Assembly (NCBI GenBank): GCA_040261275.1
Contig: JBDQOI010000012.1
Coordinates: 6,450 to 70,449 of the forward strand
Reading direction: 5' to 3'
Source: Flavobacteriales bacterium
GTDB taxonomy: Bacteria; Bacteroidota; Bacteroidia; Flavobacteriales_D; Sanyastnellaceae
Length of the DNA stretch: 64,000 nt
This document shows positions 1 through 10,128 of this stretch, piece after piece. The notes under the pieces were generated by a model. It saw only the letters and a list, made by a program, of their open reading frames with translations, was not told the origin of the DNA and did not search any database. A program made the translations under genes and the position numbers. Within the stretch, counting starts at the first letter, position 1. Each line of letters starts with the position of its first letter.

Positions 1-33
1 GACGAAGGGGGGTTTCTTGAGCGAACGTGCCAT
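1..33 (-). CDS. rpsS: 30S ribosomal protein S19, N-terminal fragment (gene runs off the left edge)
   Basis: Reverse complement of 1-33 reads MARSLKKPPFV, the conserved S19 N-terminus. It lies directly downstream of rplB, as in the S10 operon. Confidence 0.8.
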   Translation of the reverse strand, partial: MARSLKKPPFV

Positions 34-36
34 GGC

Positions 37-861
37 TTACTTCTTACGGCGTTCGATGATGTACTTAGACGAATGCTTCTGCTTGTCGCGGGTCTTGTAA
101 CCCTTGGCTGGAATGCCATTCCGGCTGCGTGGGTGGCCACCGGCATTGCGGCCCTCACCACCACCCATCGGGTGGTCAACCGGGTTCATGACGACACCAC
201 GGACGCGGGGACGACGACCCAACCAACGGCTGCGACCGGCCTTACCGGACACCTGCTGGTTGTGCTCGCTGTTGCCCACACTGCCAATGGTCGCCAGACA
301 GGTCGTGAGGATCATGCGCACCTCTCCACTCGGAAGGGCAATGACGGCATACTTGCCATCACGGGCCTTCAACTGGGCGGAAGCTCCGGCTGAACGGGCG
401 ATGTTGGCGCCACGACCGGGGTGCAACTCGATGTTGTGGATCATGGTTCCCAGCGGGATGTTCGACAGGAACAAGGCGTTGCCCACCTCAGGAGCAGCCT
501 TTTCACCGCTCATGATTTTCTGACCCACCTGCAGTCCCTCAGGAGCTACGATGTAACGCTTCTCACCGTCCTTGTACTCGACCAGGGCGATGCGTGCGCT
601 GCGGTTGGGATCATACTCGATGGTCTTTACCTCTGCGGCCATGCCGTGCTTGTCGCGCTTGAAGTCGATCACGCGGTACATCCGCTTGTGACCGCCACCG
701 CGGTAGCGCATGGTCATCTTACCGTCGTTGTTCCGGCCACCGCGCTTCTTGAGCGGCTCCAGCAACGGCTTGTGCGGCTTGTCGGTCGTGATGTTGTCAA
801 ACTTGGACAACACCTTGTGCCGCATGCCGGGCGTGATGGGATTGAACTTGCGTACTGCCAT
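37..861 (-). CDS. rplB: 50S ribosomal protein L2
   Basis: 274-aa [20 protein letters not shown]... with a GGGEGR..HPRSRN C-terminal region; unmistakable L2; S10-operon order. Confidence 0.97.
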   Translation of the reverse strand: MAVRKFNPITPGMRHKVLSKFDNITTDKPHKPLLEPLKKRGGRNNDGKMTMRYRGGGHKRMYRVIDFKRDKHGMAAEVKTIEYDPNRSARIALVEYKDGEKRYIVAPEGLQVGQKIMSGEKAAPEVGNALFLSNIPLGTMIHNIELHPGRGANIARSAGASAQLKARDGKYAVIALPSGEVRMILTTCLATIGSVGNSEHNQQVSGKAGRSRWLGRRPRVRGVVMNPVDHPMGGGEGRNAGGHPRSRNGIPAKGYKTRDKQKHSSKYIIERRKK

Positions 862-867
862 GATTCC

Positions 868-1161
868 TTAGATGTTCTCGTAGAAGTCAATGGTGTCACC
901 GTCCACGAGACGAACGATGGCTTTCTTGTAACACTCGGAGCGGCCGCGAAGGACCCCCGTGCGGGTGAAGCGACTGCGGACCTTTCCGTCCACGCGCATG
1001 GTGCGCACACCCGCCACGGTCACTCCGTAGGTCTGCTCGACCGCGTCCTTGATCTCGGACTTGTTCGCGTCGTCGTTCACCACGAACCCGTAGGCATTGA
1101 TGCGCTCGCTCTCGGCGGTCATCTTCTCGGTGATCAACGGCTTGATGAGGATGTTCTTCAT
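868..1161 (-). CDS. rplW: 50S ribosomal protein L23
   Basis: 97-aa ORF MKNILIKPLITEKM...; position between L4 and L2. Confidence 0.93.
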   Translation of the reverse strand: MKNILIKPLITEKMTAESERINAYGFVVNDDANKSEIKDAVEQTYGVTVAGVRTMRVDGKVRSRFTRTGVLRGRSECYKKAIVRLVDGDTIDFYENI

Positions 1162-1164
1162 GGC

Positions 1165-1794
1165 TCAGGCGGTGAGGATGCCGGTGATGACTTCATGGGC
1201 GTTGTCCACGAAGACGATGTTCTGGCAATTCATGATGTCGTAGGTGCTCAGATCACCGGCCGTCATCACACGGTGCTTGGGCAGGTTGCGGCTGCTAAGG
1301 TAGAGGGCTTTGCTCTGCTCCGGAACCACCACGAGGGTCTTCTGGTCTGCGAGGCCGAGCTTCCCGAAGGTGCCGAGAAGCTCCTGCGTCTTGGGAGTGT
1401 CCATGGACAGACCCTTCACGACGCGGATCCCTCCGTCCTCCTTCGCCTTGTATGCGAGAGCGCTCTTCCTGGCGAGCTTGGTCACCTTCTTGTTGAGCTT
1501 GATATCGTACTTGCGGGGACGGGGGCCGAAAATCGTACCTCCTCCCACAAACAGCGGGTTCTTCAAAGAGCCAGCACGCGCTCCGCCCGTGCCTTTCTGC
1601 TTCTTGATTTTCCGTGTGGAGCCCTGAATCTCGGCGCGCTCCTTGGACTTGTGCGTTCCTTGGCGTTGTGCAGCGAGGTAGCGCTTCACATCCAGGTAGA
1701 TGGCATGGTCGTTCGGCTCGATGCCAAAAACGTCCTTGCTCAAATCCGCGCTGGCGGTCTTCTTGCCTTCCGTGTTGTAAACGTCGACTTTCAT
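1165..1794 (-). CDS. rplD: 50S ribosomal protein L4
   Basis: 209-aa ORF with the KQKGTGGARAGS motif typical of L4; operon order. Confidence 0.95.
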   Translation of the reverse strand: MKVDVYNTEGKKTASADLSKDVFGIEPNDHAIYLDVKRYLAAQRQGTHKSKERAEIQGSTRKIKKQKGTGGARAGSLKNPLFVGGGTIFGPRPRKYDIKLNKKVTKLARKSALAYKAKEDGGIRVVKGLSMDTPKTQELLGTFGKLGLADQKTLVVVPEQSKALYLSSRNLPKHRVMTAGDLSTYDIMNCQNIVFVDNAHEVITGILTA

Positions 1795-1797
1795 GAC

Positions 1798-2427
1798 TTA
1801 GGCTTCAGGCTTGCGAACGATGACAGTGGCACCCTTGTGTCCGGGCACAGCGCCCTTGACCACGATCAATCCTTCATCGGACATCACTTTGAGTACCTGC
1901 AAATTTTCAATGGTCACTTGACCGTTGCCCATCTGACCGGCCATGCGCATGCCCTTGTAGACACGTGCTGGCGTCGATGCCGCACCGATGGAACCGGGGG
2001 CGCGCATGCGGTTGTGCTGACCGTGCGTGGCCTGCCCAACACCACCAAAACCGTGGCGGCGTACCACACCTTGGAAGCCTCGGCCCTTACTGGTACCGAC
2101 GACCGACACGAACTCGCCTTCAGCGAAAACGTCTTCGATCTTGACCTCGTCACCCGCCTTGTATTCGGCGGCATATCCGGCGAACTCGGCCAAGTGCTGC
2201 TTGGCGTTGACACCCGACTTCTTGAAGTGTCCGGCCATGGCCTTGCTGGTCCGGCTCTCCTTGCGGTCACCAAAACCCACCTGGACGGCGTCGTAGCCAT
2301 CCTTCTCCGCGGTCTTGACCTGGGTTACCACGCAGGGACCCACCTCGAGCACCGTGCAGGGGAGGTTCTTGCCCTCCTCGCTGTACATGCTGGTCATACC
2401 GACCTTTTTTCCAATCAATCCAGGCAT
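1798..2427 (-). CDS. rplC: 50S ribosomal protein L3
   Basis: 209-aa [18 protein letters not shown]...[13 protein letters not shown]; classic L3. Confidence 0.96.
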   Translation of the reverse strand: MPGLIGKKVGMTSMYSEEGKNLPCTVLEVGPCVVTQVKTAEKDGYDAVQVGFGDRKESRTSKAMAGHFKKSGVNAKQHLAEFAGYAAEYKAGDEVKIEDVFAEGEFVSVVGTSKGRGFQGVVRRHGFGGVGQATHGQHNRMRAPGSIGAASTPARVYKGMRMAGQMGNGQVTIENLQVLKVMSDEGLIVVKGAVPGHKGATVIVRKPEA

Positions 2428-2432
2428 GTCCG

Positions 2433-2738
2433 TCAGACTTTGATTTCAACTTCAACACCGCTGGGGAGTTCGAGGCGCATGAGCGCATCGACTGTAGCGG
2501 AGGAATTGCTGTAGATGTCCAGCAATCGCTTGTATGCGCTGAGCTCGAACTGCTCACGCGACTTCTTGTTCACGTGAGGCGAACGCAGCACCGTGTAGAT
2601 GCGCTGGTGGGTCGGCAGTGGAATCGGTCCACTGACAACGGCGCCCGTCGACTTGACCGTCTTCACGATCTTCTCGGCAGACTTGTCGACCAGGTTGTGG
2701 TCGTAGCTCTTGAGCTTGATGCGGATTTTCTGGGCCAT
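2433..2738 (-). CDS. rpsJ: 30S ribosomal protein S10
   Basis: 101-aa [23 protein letters not shown]...GPIPLPT; classic S10. Confidence 0.96.
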   Translation of the reverse strand: MAQKIRIKLKSYDHNLVDKSAEKIVKTVKSTGAVVSGPIPLPTHQRIYTVLRSPHVNKKSREQFELSAYKRLLDIYSNSSATVDALMRLELPSGVEVEIKV

Positions 2739-2749
2739 CTCTTCTTCTA

Positions 2750-4852
<2,103 letters not shown>

Positions 4853-4885
4853 GGTTTCGGAGGTGGTGTGGTGGGTGTGTCTTGA

Positions 4886-5353
4886 TTAGAAGCGGAAGTG
4901 GGAGAAAGCCTTGTTGGCTTCTGCCATCCGGTGGGTGTCTTCCTTCTTTTTGAAGGTGGCGCCTTCGCCTTTGTTCGCTGCGATGATTTCAGCGGCCAAG
5001 CGGTCCGCCATCGTCTTTTCGTTGCGGAGGCGGGCGTAGCTGATGATCCACTTCACCGCCATGCTGCGCTTGCGGCTATCGCGAATGGGCTGCGGAATCT
5101 GGAAGGTGGCTCCACCGACACGGCGGCTTCGAACCTCCACATTGGGGGTCACGGCGTCCACGGCTTGCTTCCATTGCTCCAGGCCATCCTCTCCTGTCCG
5201 TTCGGTCACCTTGTCGATGGCGGTATAGAAGATGTCGAATGCAGTGCTCTTCTTGCCCTGCAACATGAGGTTGTTCACGAAGTACGTGACGTCGGTGTCG
5301 TTGAACCTCGGATCCGGAATCAGCGGATGCTTTTTGGCTTGTCTACGGCGCAT
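4886..5353 (-). CDS. rpsG: 30S ribosomal protein S7
   Basis: 155-aa ORF MRRRQAKKHPLIPDPRFND...; str operon order. Confidence 0.96.
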   Translation of the reverse strand: MRRRQAKKHPLIPDPRFNDTDVTYFVNNLMLQGKKSTAFDIFYTAIDKVTERTGEDGLEQWKQAVDAVTPNVEVRSRRVGGATFQIPQPIRDSRKRSMAVKWIISYARLRNEKTMADRLAAEIIAANKGEGATFKKKEDTHRMAEANKAFSHFRF

Positions 5354-5359
5354 ATCGGA

Positions 5360-5734
5360 TTACTTCTTGGGGCGCTTGGTTCCGTACTTCGAACGACGCT
5401 GGTTGCGGCCTTCCACTCCTGCTGTATCCAATGCACCACGTACAATGTGGTAGCGGACACCCGGCAGGTCCTTCACACGACCTCCACGCACGAGCACGAT
5501 ACTGTGCTCCTGCAGGTTGTGTCCTTCTCCGCCGATGTAGGCATTGACCTCATTACCGTTGGTCAGGCGCACACGTGCCACCTTCCGCATGGCAGAGTTC
5601 GGCTTCTTGGGTGTGGTCGTGTACACCCTCACACATACACCCCTGCGCTGGGGGCACGAGTCGAGTGCAGCGGACTTGGAGGTATACACCTTGTCCGTAC
5701 GGCCTTTTCGGATCAACTGTTGGATCGTCGGCAT
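5360..5734 (-). CDS. rpsL: 30S ribosomal protein S12
   Basis: 124-aa [15 protein letters not shown]...[10 protein letters not shown]; classic S12. Confidence 0.97.
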   Translation of the reverse strand: MPTIQQLIRKGRTDKVYTSKSAALDSCPQRRGVCVRVYTTTPKKPNSAMRKVARVRLTNGNEVNAYIGGEGHNLQEHSIVLVRGGRVKDLPGVRYHIVRGALDTAGVEGRNQRRSKYGTKRPKK

Positions 5735-5805
5735 TGCTTGTTAATGGCGTCGTTTTCAATCATTCAGGGACAAAAAGCCCACTGCCCCATTTTTCAACGG
5801 GGGTG

Positions 5806-5835
5806 CAAAACTACGTGAAATGCCGGGAATTCCAA
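5806..5835 (-). promoter_or_regulatory. Bacteroidetes-type promoter for the rpsL operon
   Basis: The minus strand reads TTG (5835-5833), a 19-nt spacer, then TAGTTTTG (5813-5806). This matches the TTG/TAnnTTTG consensus exactly, about 70 nt upstream of the rpsL ATG. Confidence 0.5.
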
Positions 5836-5916
5836 CATGTAATTGTGCAGTTCATTTCACTTATCTGGGTGCACGAGGGGCAATGTGTTGGAAGCCAATC
5901 CCGCTACCTTTGGAAA

Positions 5917-8223
5917 ATGCAGATGCTGGAAGGATTGAACGAGGCGCAAAAGGCGGCCGCCGGGCACGTGGAGGGCCCCATGATGGTGGTCGCGGGAGCG
6001 GGTTCTGGCAAGACGCGGGTGCTGACCCACCGCATTGCCCACCTGATTGACCAGGGCGTGGACCCCTTCTCCATCCTCTCGCTGACCTTCACCAACAAGG
6101 CGGCCCGGGAGATGAAGGTCCGCATCGGCCGAATCGTAGGAGACGCCGAGGCGCGCAACATATGGATGGGCACCTTCCACTCCGTTTTCGCCCGGATCCT
6201 TCGGATAGAGAGCGAGCGGATCAACTTCCCCTCCAACTTCACCATCTACGATACACAGGACAGCCGGAGCGTCATCAAGGACGTCATCAAGGGCCTCGGG
6301 TTGGACGACAAACTCTACAAGCCCAATTCCATCCACGGCCGCATCTCCGGTGCCAAAAACAACCTCATTGGCCCGGCGGACTATGCGCAGACCCCGGAGA
6401 TCGTAGGCGAAGACCAGCAGGCAGGACGACCCCGCATTGCAGAAATCTATGCCCGTTACGCAGCCCGTCTGCAGCGCTCAGGCGCCATGGACTTCGACGA
6501 CCTGCTCTTCAAGACCAATGTCCTGCTCCGGGATTTTCCCGATCTGCTCCACAAGTACCAGCAGAAGTTCGCCTTCATCCTCGTGGACGAGTACCAGGAC
6601 ACCAACTTCGCCCAGTACATGATCATACGCCAGCTGGGTGCGGCGCGTGAGAACGTATGTGTGGTGGGCGACGACGCGCAAAGCATCTACAGCTTCCGGG
6701 GAGCCAACATCCAGAACATCCTCAACTTCCAACGGGACTACCCCGATTGTGTGGTGTACAAGCTCGAGCAGAACTACCGCAGCACAAAGAACATCGTGGA
6801 AGCGGCGAACACGGTGATCGCCAAGAACCAGGACCAGATCCGCAAGGACGTCTGGACCGGAAATGACGAAGGGGAGAAAATCGATGTGCACCGCGCACTG
6901 AGTGACAATGACGAGGGCAGCTTCGTGGCGGACGCCATACTTACCACCCGATCGCGCAGGCAGGCAGAGAACAGCGACTTCGCCATCCTCTACCGCACCA
7001 ATGCCCAGAGCCGCTCCTTTGAGGAGCAGCTGCGAAAGCGCAATGTGCCCTACCGCATTTATGGGGGATTGAGCTTCTATCAGCGCAAGGAGATCAAGGA
7101 CCTCATCGCCTATTTCCGGCTCGTGGCCAACCCGACGGATGACGAGGGCTTCAAAAGGGTGGTCAACTATCCGGCCCGCGGAATCGGCAAAACCACGATG
7201 GACCGGCTCACGGTGGCGGCCGCCCATCACGAATGCTCCTTGTGGGACGTTTTGCGCGACCCCATGCGGAAGCCGGTAGACCTGAAAGGTGCAGCTTGGG
7301 GCAAGCTTCAGGACTTTGCCAAGATGATCGAGGGATTCGCCACGAAACTCGAATCCGCCTCTGCCTTCGACATCGGTCACCACATTGCCCAGCACACCGG
7401 ACTGTTGCGCGAGTTGCACAAGGACAGGACCCCCGAGGGCGTCGCCCGCTATGAGAACGTGGAGGAACTGCTCGCGGGGATGAAAGAGTTCTCGGAGCAA
7501 GTGGACCCGGCTGCCCCGGATGCGGTCCGGACACTTGGCGACTTCCTGATTGATGTAGCCCTGCTCACGGACGCCGATCAGGACGACGGTGATGACAACA
7601 AGGTGTCGCTCATGACGATTCACGCAGCGAAGGGCCTGGAATACCCTTACGTTTATATAGTGGGTCTCGAAGAGAATCTATTTCCGAGTCAAATGGCGCT
7701 GAATACGCGTGAGGAACTGGAGGAGGAGCGCAGGCTCTTTTACGTGGCGCTGACCCGGGCCGAGAAGAAGGCCACGCTCAGCTATGCCCTGACCCGCTAT
7801 CGCTGGGGTCAATTGCAGCAGAATGAACCCTCCCGCTTCATCGAGGAAGTCGACGAGCAATTCCTCAACCTCCCGGTGGTGGATGCCCGCAGGTCCGAGC
7901 CCTTCGACTTTCATTCTGCCCGCTCGTCTTTCTACAAGCCCATGCCTTCCGCCCGCACAGCAGGTGCGCCTCCCAAACCCGGGATGCGCAAGGTCTCGGA
8001 TGCCGGGGCCGGAATTGCAGGTGCCGGTGCGCCACCCGCTGCAACCGGCACTGCCGTTGGGGGCATCGAAGCCGGGGTGGAAGTGAAGCATGCAAGGTTC
8101 GGAAAAGGCAAGGTGTTGAAGCTCGAAGGAGAAGCACCCAATGTCAAAGCCACGGTCTTCTTCCCTTCAGCTGGACAGAAACAACTGTTGCTCAAATTCG
8201 CCAAGCTCGAGGTCGTTGCATGA
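5917..8223 (+). CDS. UvrD/PcrA/Rep-family ATP-dependent DNA helicase
   Basis: From MQMLEGLNEAQKAAAGHVEGPMMVVAGAGSGKTRVLTHRIAHLI (Walker A), plus DEYQDTN and the later helicase motifs. ATG at 5917 (a second ATG at 5923). The longer track ORF from 5575 is antisense to rpsL and was trimmed. Confidence 0.9.
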   Translation: MQMLEGLNEAQKAAAGHVEGPMMVVAGAGSGKTRVLTHRIAHLIDQGVDPFSILSLTFTNKAAREMKVRIGRIVGDAEARNIWMGTFHSVFARILRIESERINFPSNFTIYDTQDSRSVIKDVIKGLGLDDKLYKPNSIHGRISGAKNNLIGPADYAQTPEIVGEDQQAGRPRIAEIYARYAARLQRSGAMDFDDLLFKTNVLLRDFPDLLHKYQQKFAFILVDEYQDTNFAQYMIIRQLGAARENVCVVGDDAQSIYSFRGANIQNILNFQRDYPDCVVYKLEQNYRSTKNIVEAANTVIAKNQDQIRKDVWTGNDEGEKIDVHRALSDNDEGSFVADAILTTRSRRQAENSDFAILYRTNAQSRSFEEQLRKRNVPYRIYGGLSFYQRKEIKDLIAYFRLVANPTDDEGFKRVVNYPARGIGKTTMDRLTVAAAHHECSLWDVLRDPMRKPVDLKGAAWGKLQDFAKMIEGFATKLESASAFDIGHHIAQHTGLLRELHKDRTPEGVARYENVEELLAGMKEFSEQVDPAAPDAVRTLGDFLIDVALLTDADQDDGDDNKVSLMTIHAAKGLEYPYVYIVGLEENLFPSQMALNTREELEEERRLFYVALTRAEKKATLSYALTRYRWGQLQQNEPSRFIEEVDEQFLNLPVVDARRSEPFDFHSARSSFYKPMPSARTAGAPPKPGMRKVSDAGAGIAGAGAPPAATGTAVGGIEAGVEVKHARFGKGKVLKLEGEAPNVKATVFFPSAGQKQLLLKFAKLEVVA

Positions 8224-8891
8224 TGGGCCATTCCTCCTGCCGGGCCATGCTGGCGCTGACACTGTTGTGGATGTTCCTCGTGGGGTGCGAACGCCGCAGC
8301 GAAGGGATGCTCCTTCAGTTGGAGGGACAAGCCTTGACCTTGCCCGCGCGAGAGGCTCTGGACGGCTTGGACTTCAGCCTCTACGAAAGGGCAGTGGAGG
8401 ACGGTGCATTGCAAGCCGAGGTCATCATCGCGGAAGCGGAATCCGACGATGAAGGACGGTTCGCGGTGGAGTTTCCGAGGAAAAGCAGCTACAGCCTGCG
8501 ATGGACGTCTTCTGCCGAAAGCCATTTTCCGGCTTCTGGCACTTTGGACCCCGAAGATCTGTACCCCAATGTCCCTTATGAACTGGAGCTGGGAATGTAC
8601 CCCGTGTGCACCCTCCACGTGAACTTGGCCAGTGTTGCGCCGGAAGACAGCACGGACCGAATGCTGTTCAATTTGGGCGAGGAGTTCGACTGTGCCTGCT
8701 GCCCCACCGACCCCCTTGTTTTGGAAGGGGTGGGTGCGGATTCCTCTTGGTCCTGTGTGATGTATGGCGGCCATTGGATGACGTGGGGGGCCGACCTCGA
8801 GGTGGCCCTCATCGGACAACCCGAGGGCCTCTTCCTGGATTCCGTTTTCTGCCCGGCCTTTGGTTCGGCGGCGTTGAACCTGACCTGGTGA
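8220..8891 (+). CDS. Hypothetical lipoprotein
   Basis: 223 aa; N-terminal hydrophobic stretch ending in a lipobox-like LVGC. Its ATG overlaps the helicase stop (ATGA). No family recognised. Confidence 0.5.
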   Translation: MMGHSSCRAMLALTLLWMFLVGCERRSEGMLLQLEGQALTLPAREALDGLDFSLYERAVEDGALQAEVIIAEAESDDEGRFAVEFPRKSSYSLRWTSSAESHFPASGTLDPEDLYPNVPYELELGMYPVCTLHVNLASVAPEDSTDRMLFNLGEEFDCACCPTDPLVLEGVGADSSWSCVMYGGHWMTWGADLEVALIGQPEGLFLDSVFCPAFGSAALNLTW

Positions 8892-9574
8892 TGTCCACCC
8901 TGTCGGTCACGTCACACCGCATGGAGGTGCCGCGCTCAGCCCGGTATTGGATGCTTGAGCCCGAAGGAGTGGCGACCAAGGGAACCTTGTATGTACTGCA
9001 TGGCTACGGTCAGCTGGCGCAGTATTTCATTCGCAAATTCCAAGCGGTGGCGGACCATGGTTGGCGCATCGTGGCGCCAGAGGGCGCCCACCGATTCTAC
9101 TTGGAGGGCTATTCCGGACGCGTGGGAGCCAGTTGGATGACGAAGGAGGACCGACTCGCGGACATTGCAGACTATGTGCGGTTCCTCGATTTGCTCCGCA
9201 AAGGACGCGAGACCACCGATGGTTCCTTGCCCCACGTGCTCCTCGGTTTTTCTCAAGGGGTGGCCACCGCATTCCGTTGGATGGCCATGGGAGAAGGTGG
9301 ACCGGGCTCATGGCATGGAATTGTGGCGCACAGCGGCATCATTCCACCGGACCTTCCCCAAGATGAAGGCTTACTCGAAGATGCCCCGGCATTGCATCTC
9401 ATCGGTGGGCTGGAAGATGCCTTCATCACCTCGCTCGAAGATGGCTTCTCGACCTCCGAGCAAGAGTGGCAGCGATGCGGAGGACAACCCCACCAGACCT
9501 TGCGGCTCACCTTCAACGGAGGACACGACATTCACGCGGCCTCTGTCATTCAGGCGCTGGGTCATATCGGCTGA
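8891..9574 (+). CDS. Alpha/beta hydrolase (phospholipase/carboxylesterase-like)
   Basis: 227 aa from MSTLSVTSHRMEV...; HGYGQ oxyanion-type motif and a GFSQG nucleophile elbow. The start overlaps the upstream stop (TGATG). Confidence 0.65.
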   Translation: MSTLSVTSHRMEVPRSARYWMLEPEGVATKGTLYVLHGYGQLAQYFIRKFQAVADHGWRIVAPEGAHRFYLEGYSGRVGASWMTKEDRLADIADYVRFLDLLRKGRETTDGSLPHVLLGFSQGVATAFRWMAMGEGGPGSWHGIVAHSGIIPPDLPQDEGLLEDAPALHLIGGLEDAFITSLEDGFSTSEQEWQRCGGQPHQTLRLTFNGGHDIHAASVIQALGHIG

Positions 9575-9600
9575 CCCAAGTATTCGTGTAATTTCGGGCC

Positions 9601-10029
9601 ATGACTCGATTCACCCGTCCCCTTTTTGGCATGTGGCTGGCCGCATGCTGTGCCCTTGTGATTTCTTCCTGCGCTAGCGGAGACGCAAAGGCTGACACCG
9701 CCCAAGATGACGCCCTGGACACCACCTCCGAAGTGGTTTCCGCTGAGTTTCCTGGCGGTGCTGCTGCCGTCATGAACTTCATCTCCGGTGCCGTCACTTA
9801 CCCCGAATCCGCCAAAGCAGATGGTGTGGAAGGAAAGGTATTCGTTGAATTCACCATCTCAGAAAGCGGTGCCGTGACCAATGCACGTGTGCTGGAATCG
9901 CTCCACCCCGCCCTCGACAGTGCAGCTGTTGCCGCGGCCATGGCCATGCCCGCTTGGGCCCCCGCGACCAAGGAAGGGAAGGCCATCGCGACCACGATTA
10001 CGCTGCCTATTCTGTTCCGTATGGATTGA
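9601..10029 (+). CDS. TonB C-terminal-domain lipoprotein
   Basis: 142 aa; signal sequence plus lipobox (ISSCAS). The C-terminal part, EFPGG..YPESAKADGVEGKVFVEFTISESGAV..ARV, matches the TonB_C fold signature. No proline-rich spacer. Confidence 0.7.
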   Translation: MTRFTRPLFGMWLAACCALVISSCASGDAKADTAQDDALDTTSEVVSAEFPGGAAAVMNFISGAVTYPESAKADGVEGKVFVEFTISESGAVTNARVLESLHPALDSAAVAAAMAMPAWAPATKEGKAIATTITLPILFRMD

Positions 10030-10128
10030 CCCCATTCGGGAATGACATCCAAGGTGGTTCGGGACTTCGCGTCTCGGGCCACCTTTTCATTTGGGGCGGC
10101 GTTAACTTGACACCTGAAACCCGCACCC

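Noticed and set aside
421-2514. 697-aa plus-strand ORF across the L2-L23-L4-L3 region
   Set aside because: It is antisense to four unmistakable ribosomal protein genes. Its Ala/Gly/Val/His/Leu-rich, low-complexity composition is typical of stop-free shadow frames in high-GC DNA, and it has no recognisable motifs.
2739-2749. Missing tuf between fusA and rpsJ
   Set aside because: fusA followed directly by rpsJ is, to my knowledge, the usual Bacteroidota arrangement. It is not a deletion or anomaly.
5575-5916. N-terminal 114-aa extension of the helicase ORF
   Set aside because: It overlaps rpsL on the opposite strand and the rpsL promoter. The helicase homology, including Walker A about 30 aa in, begins at the ATG at 5917.
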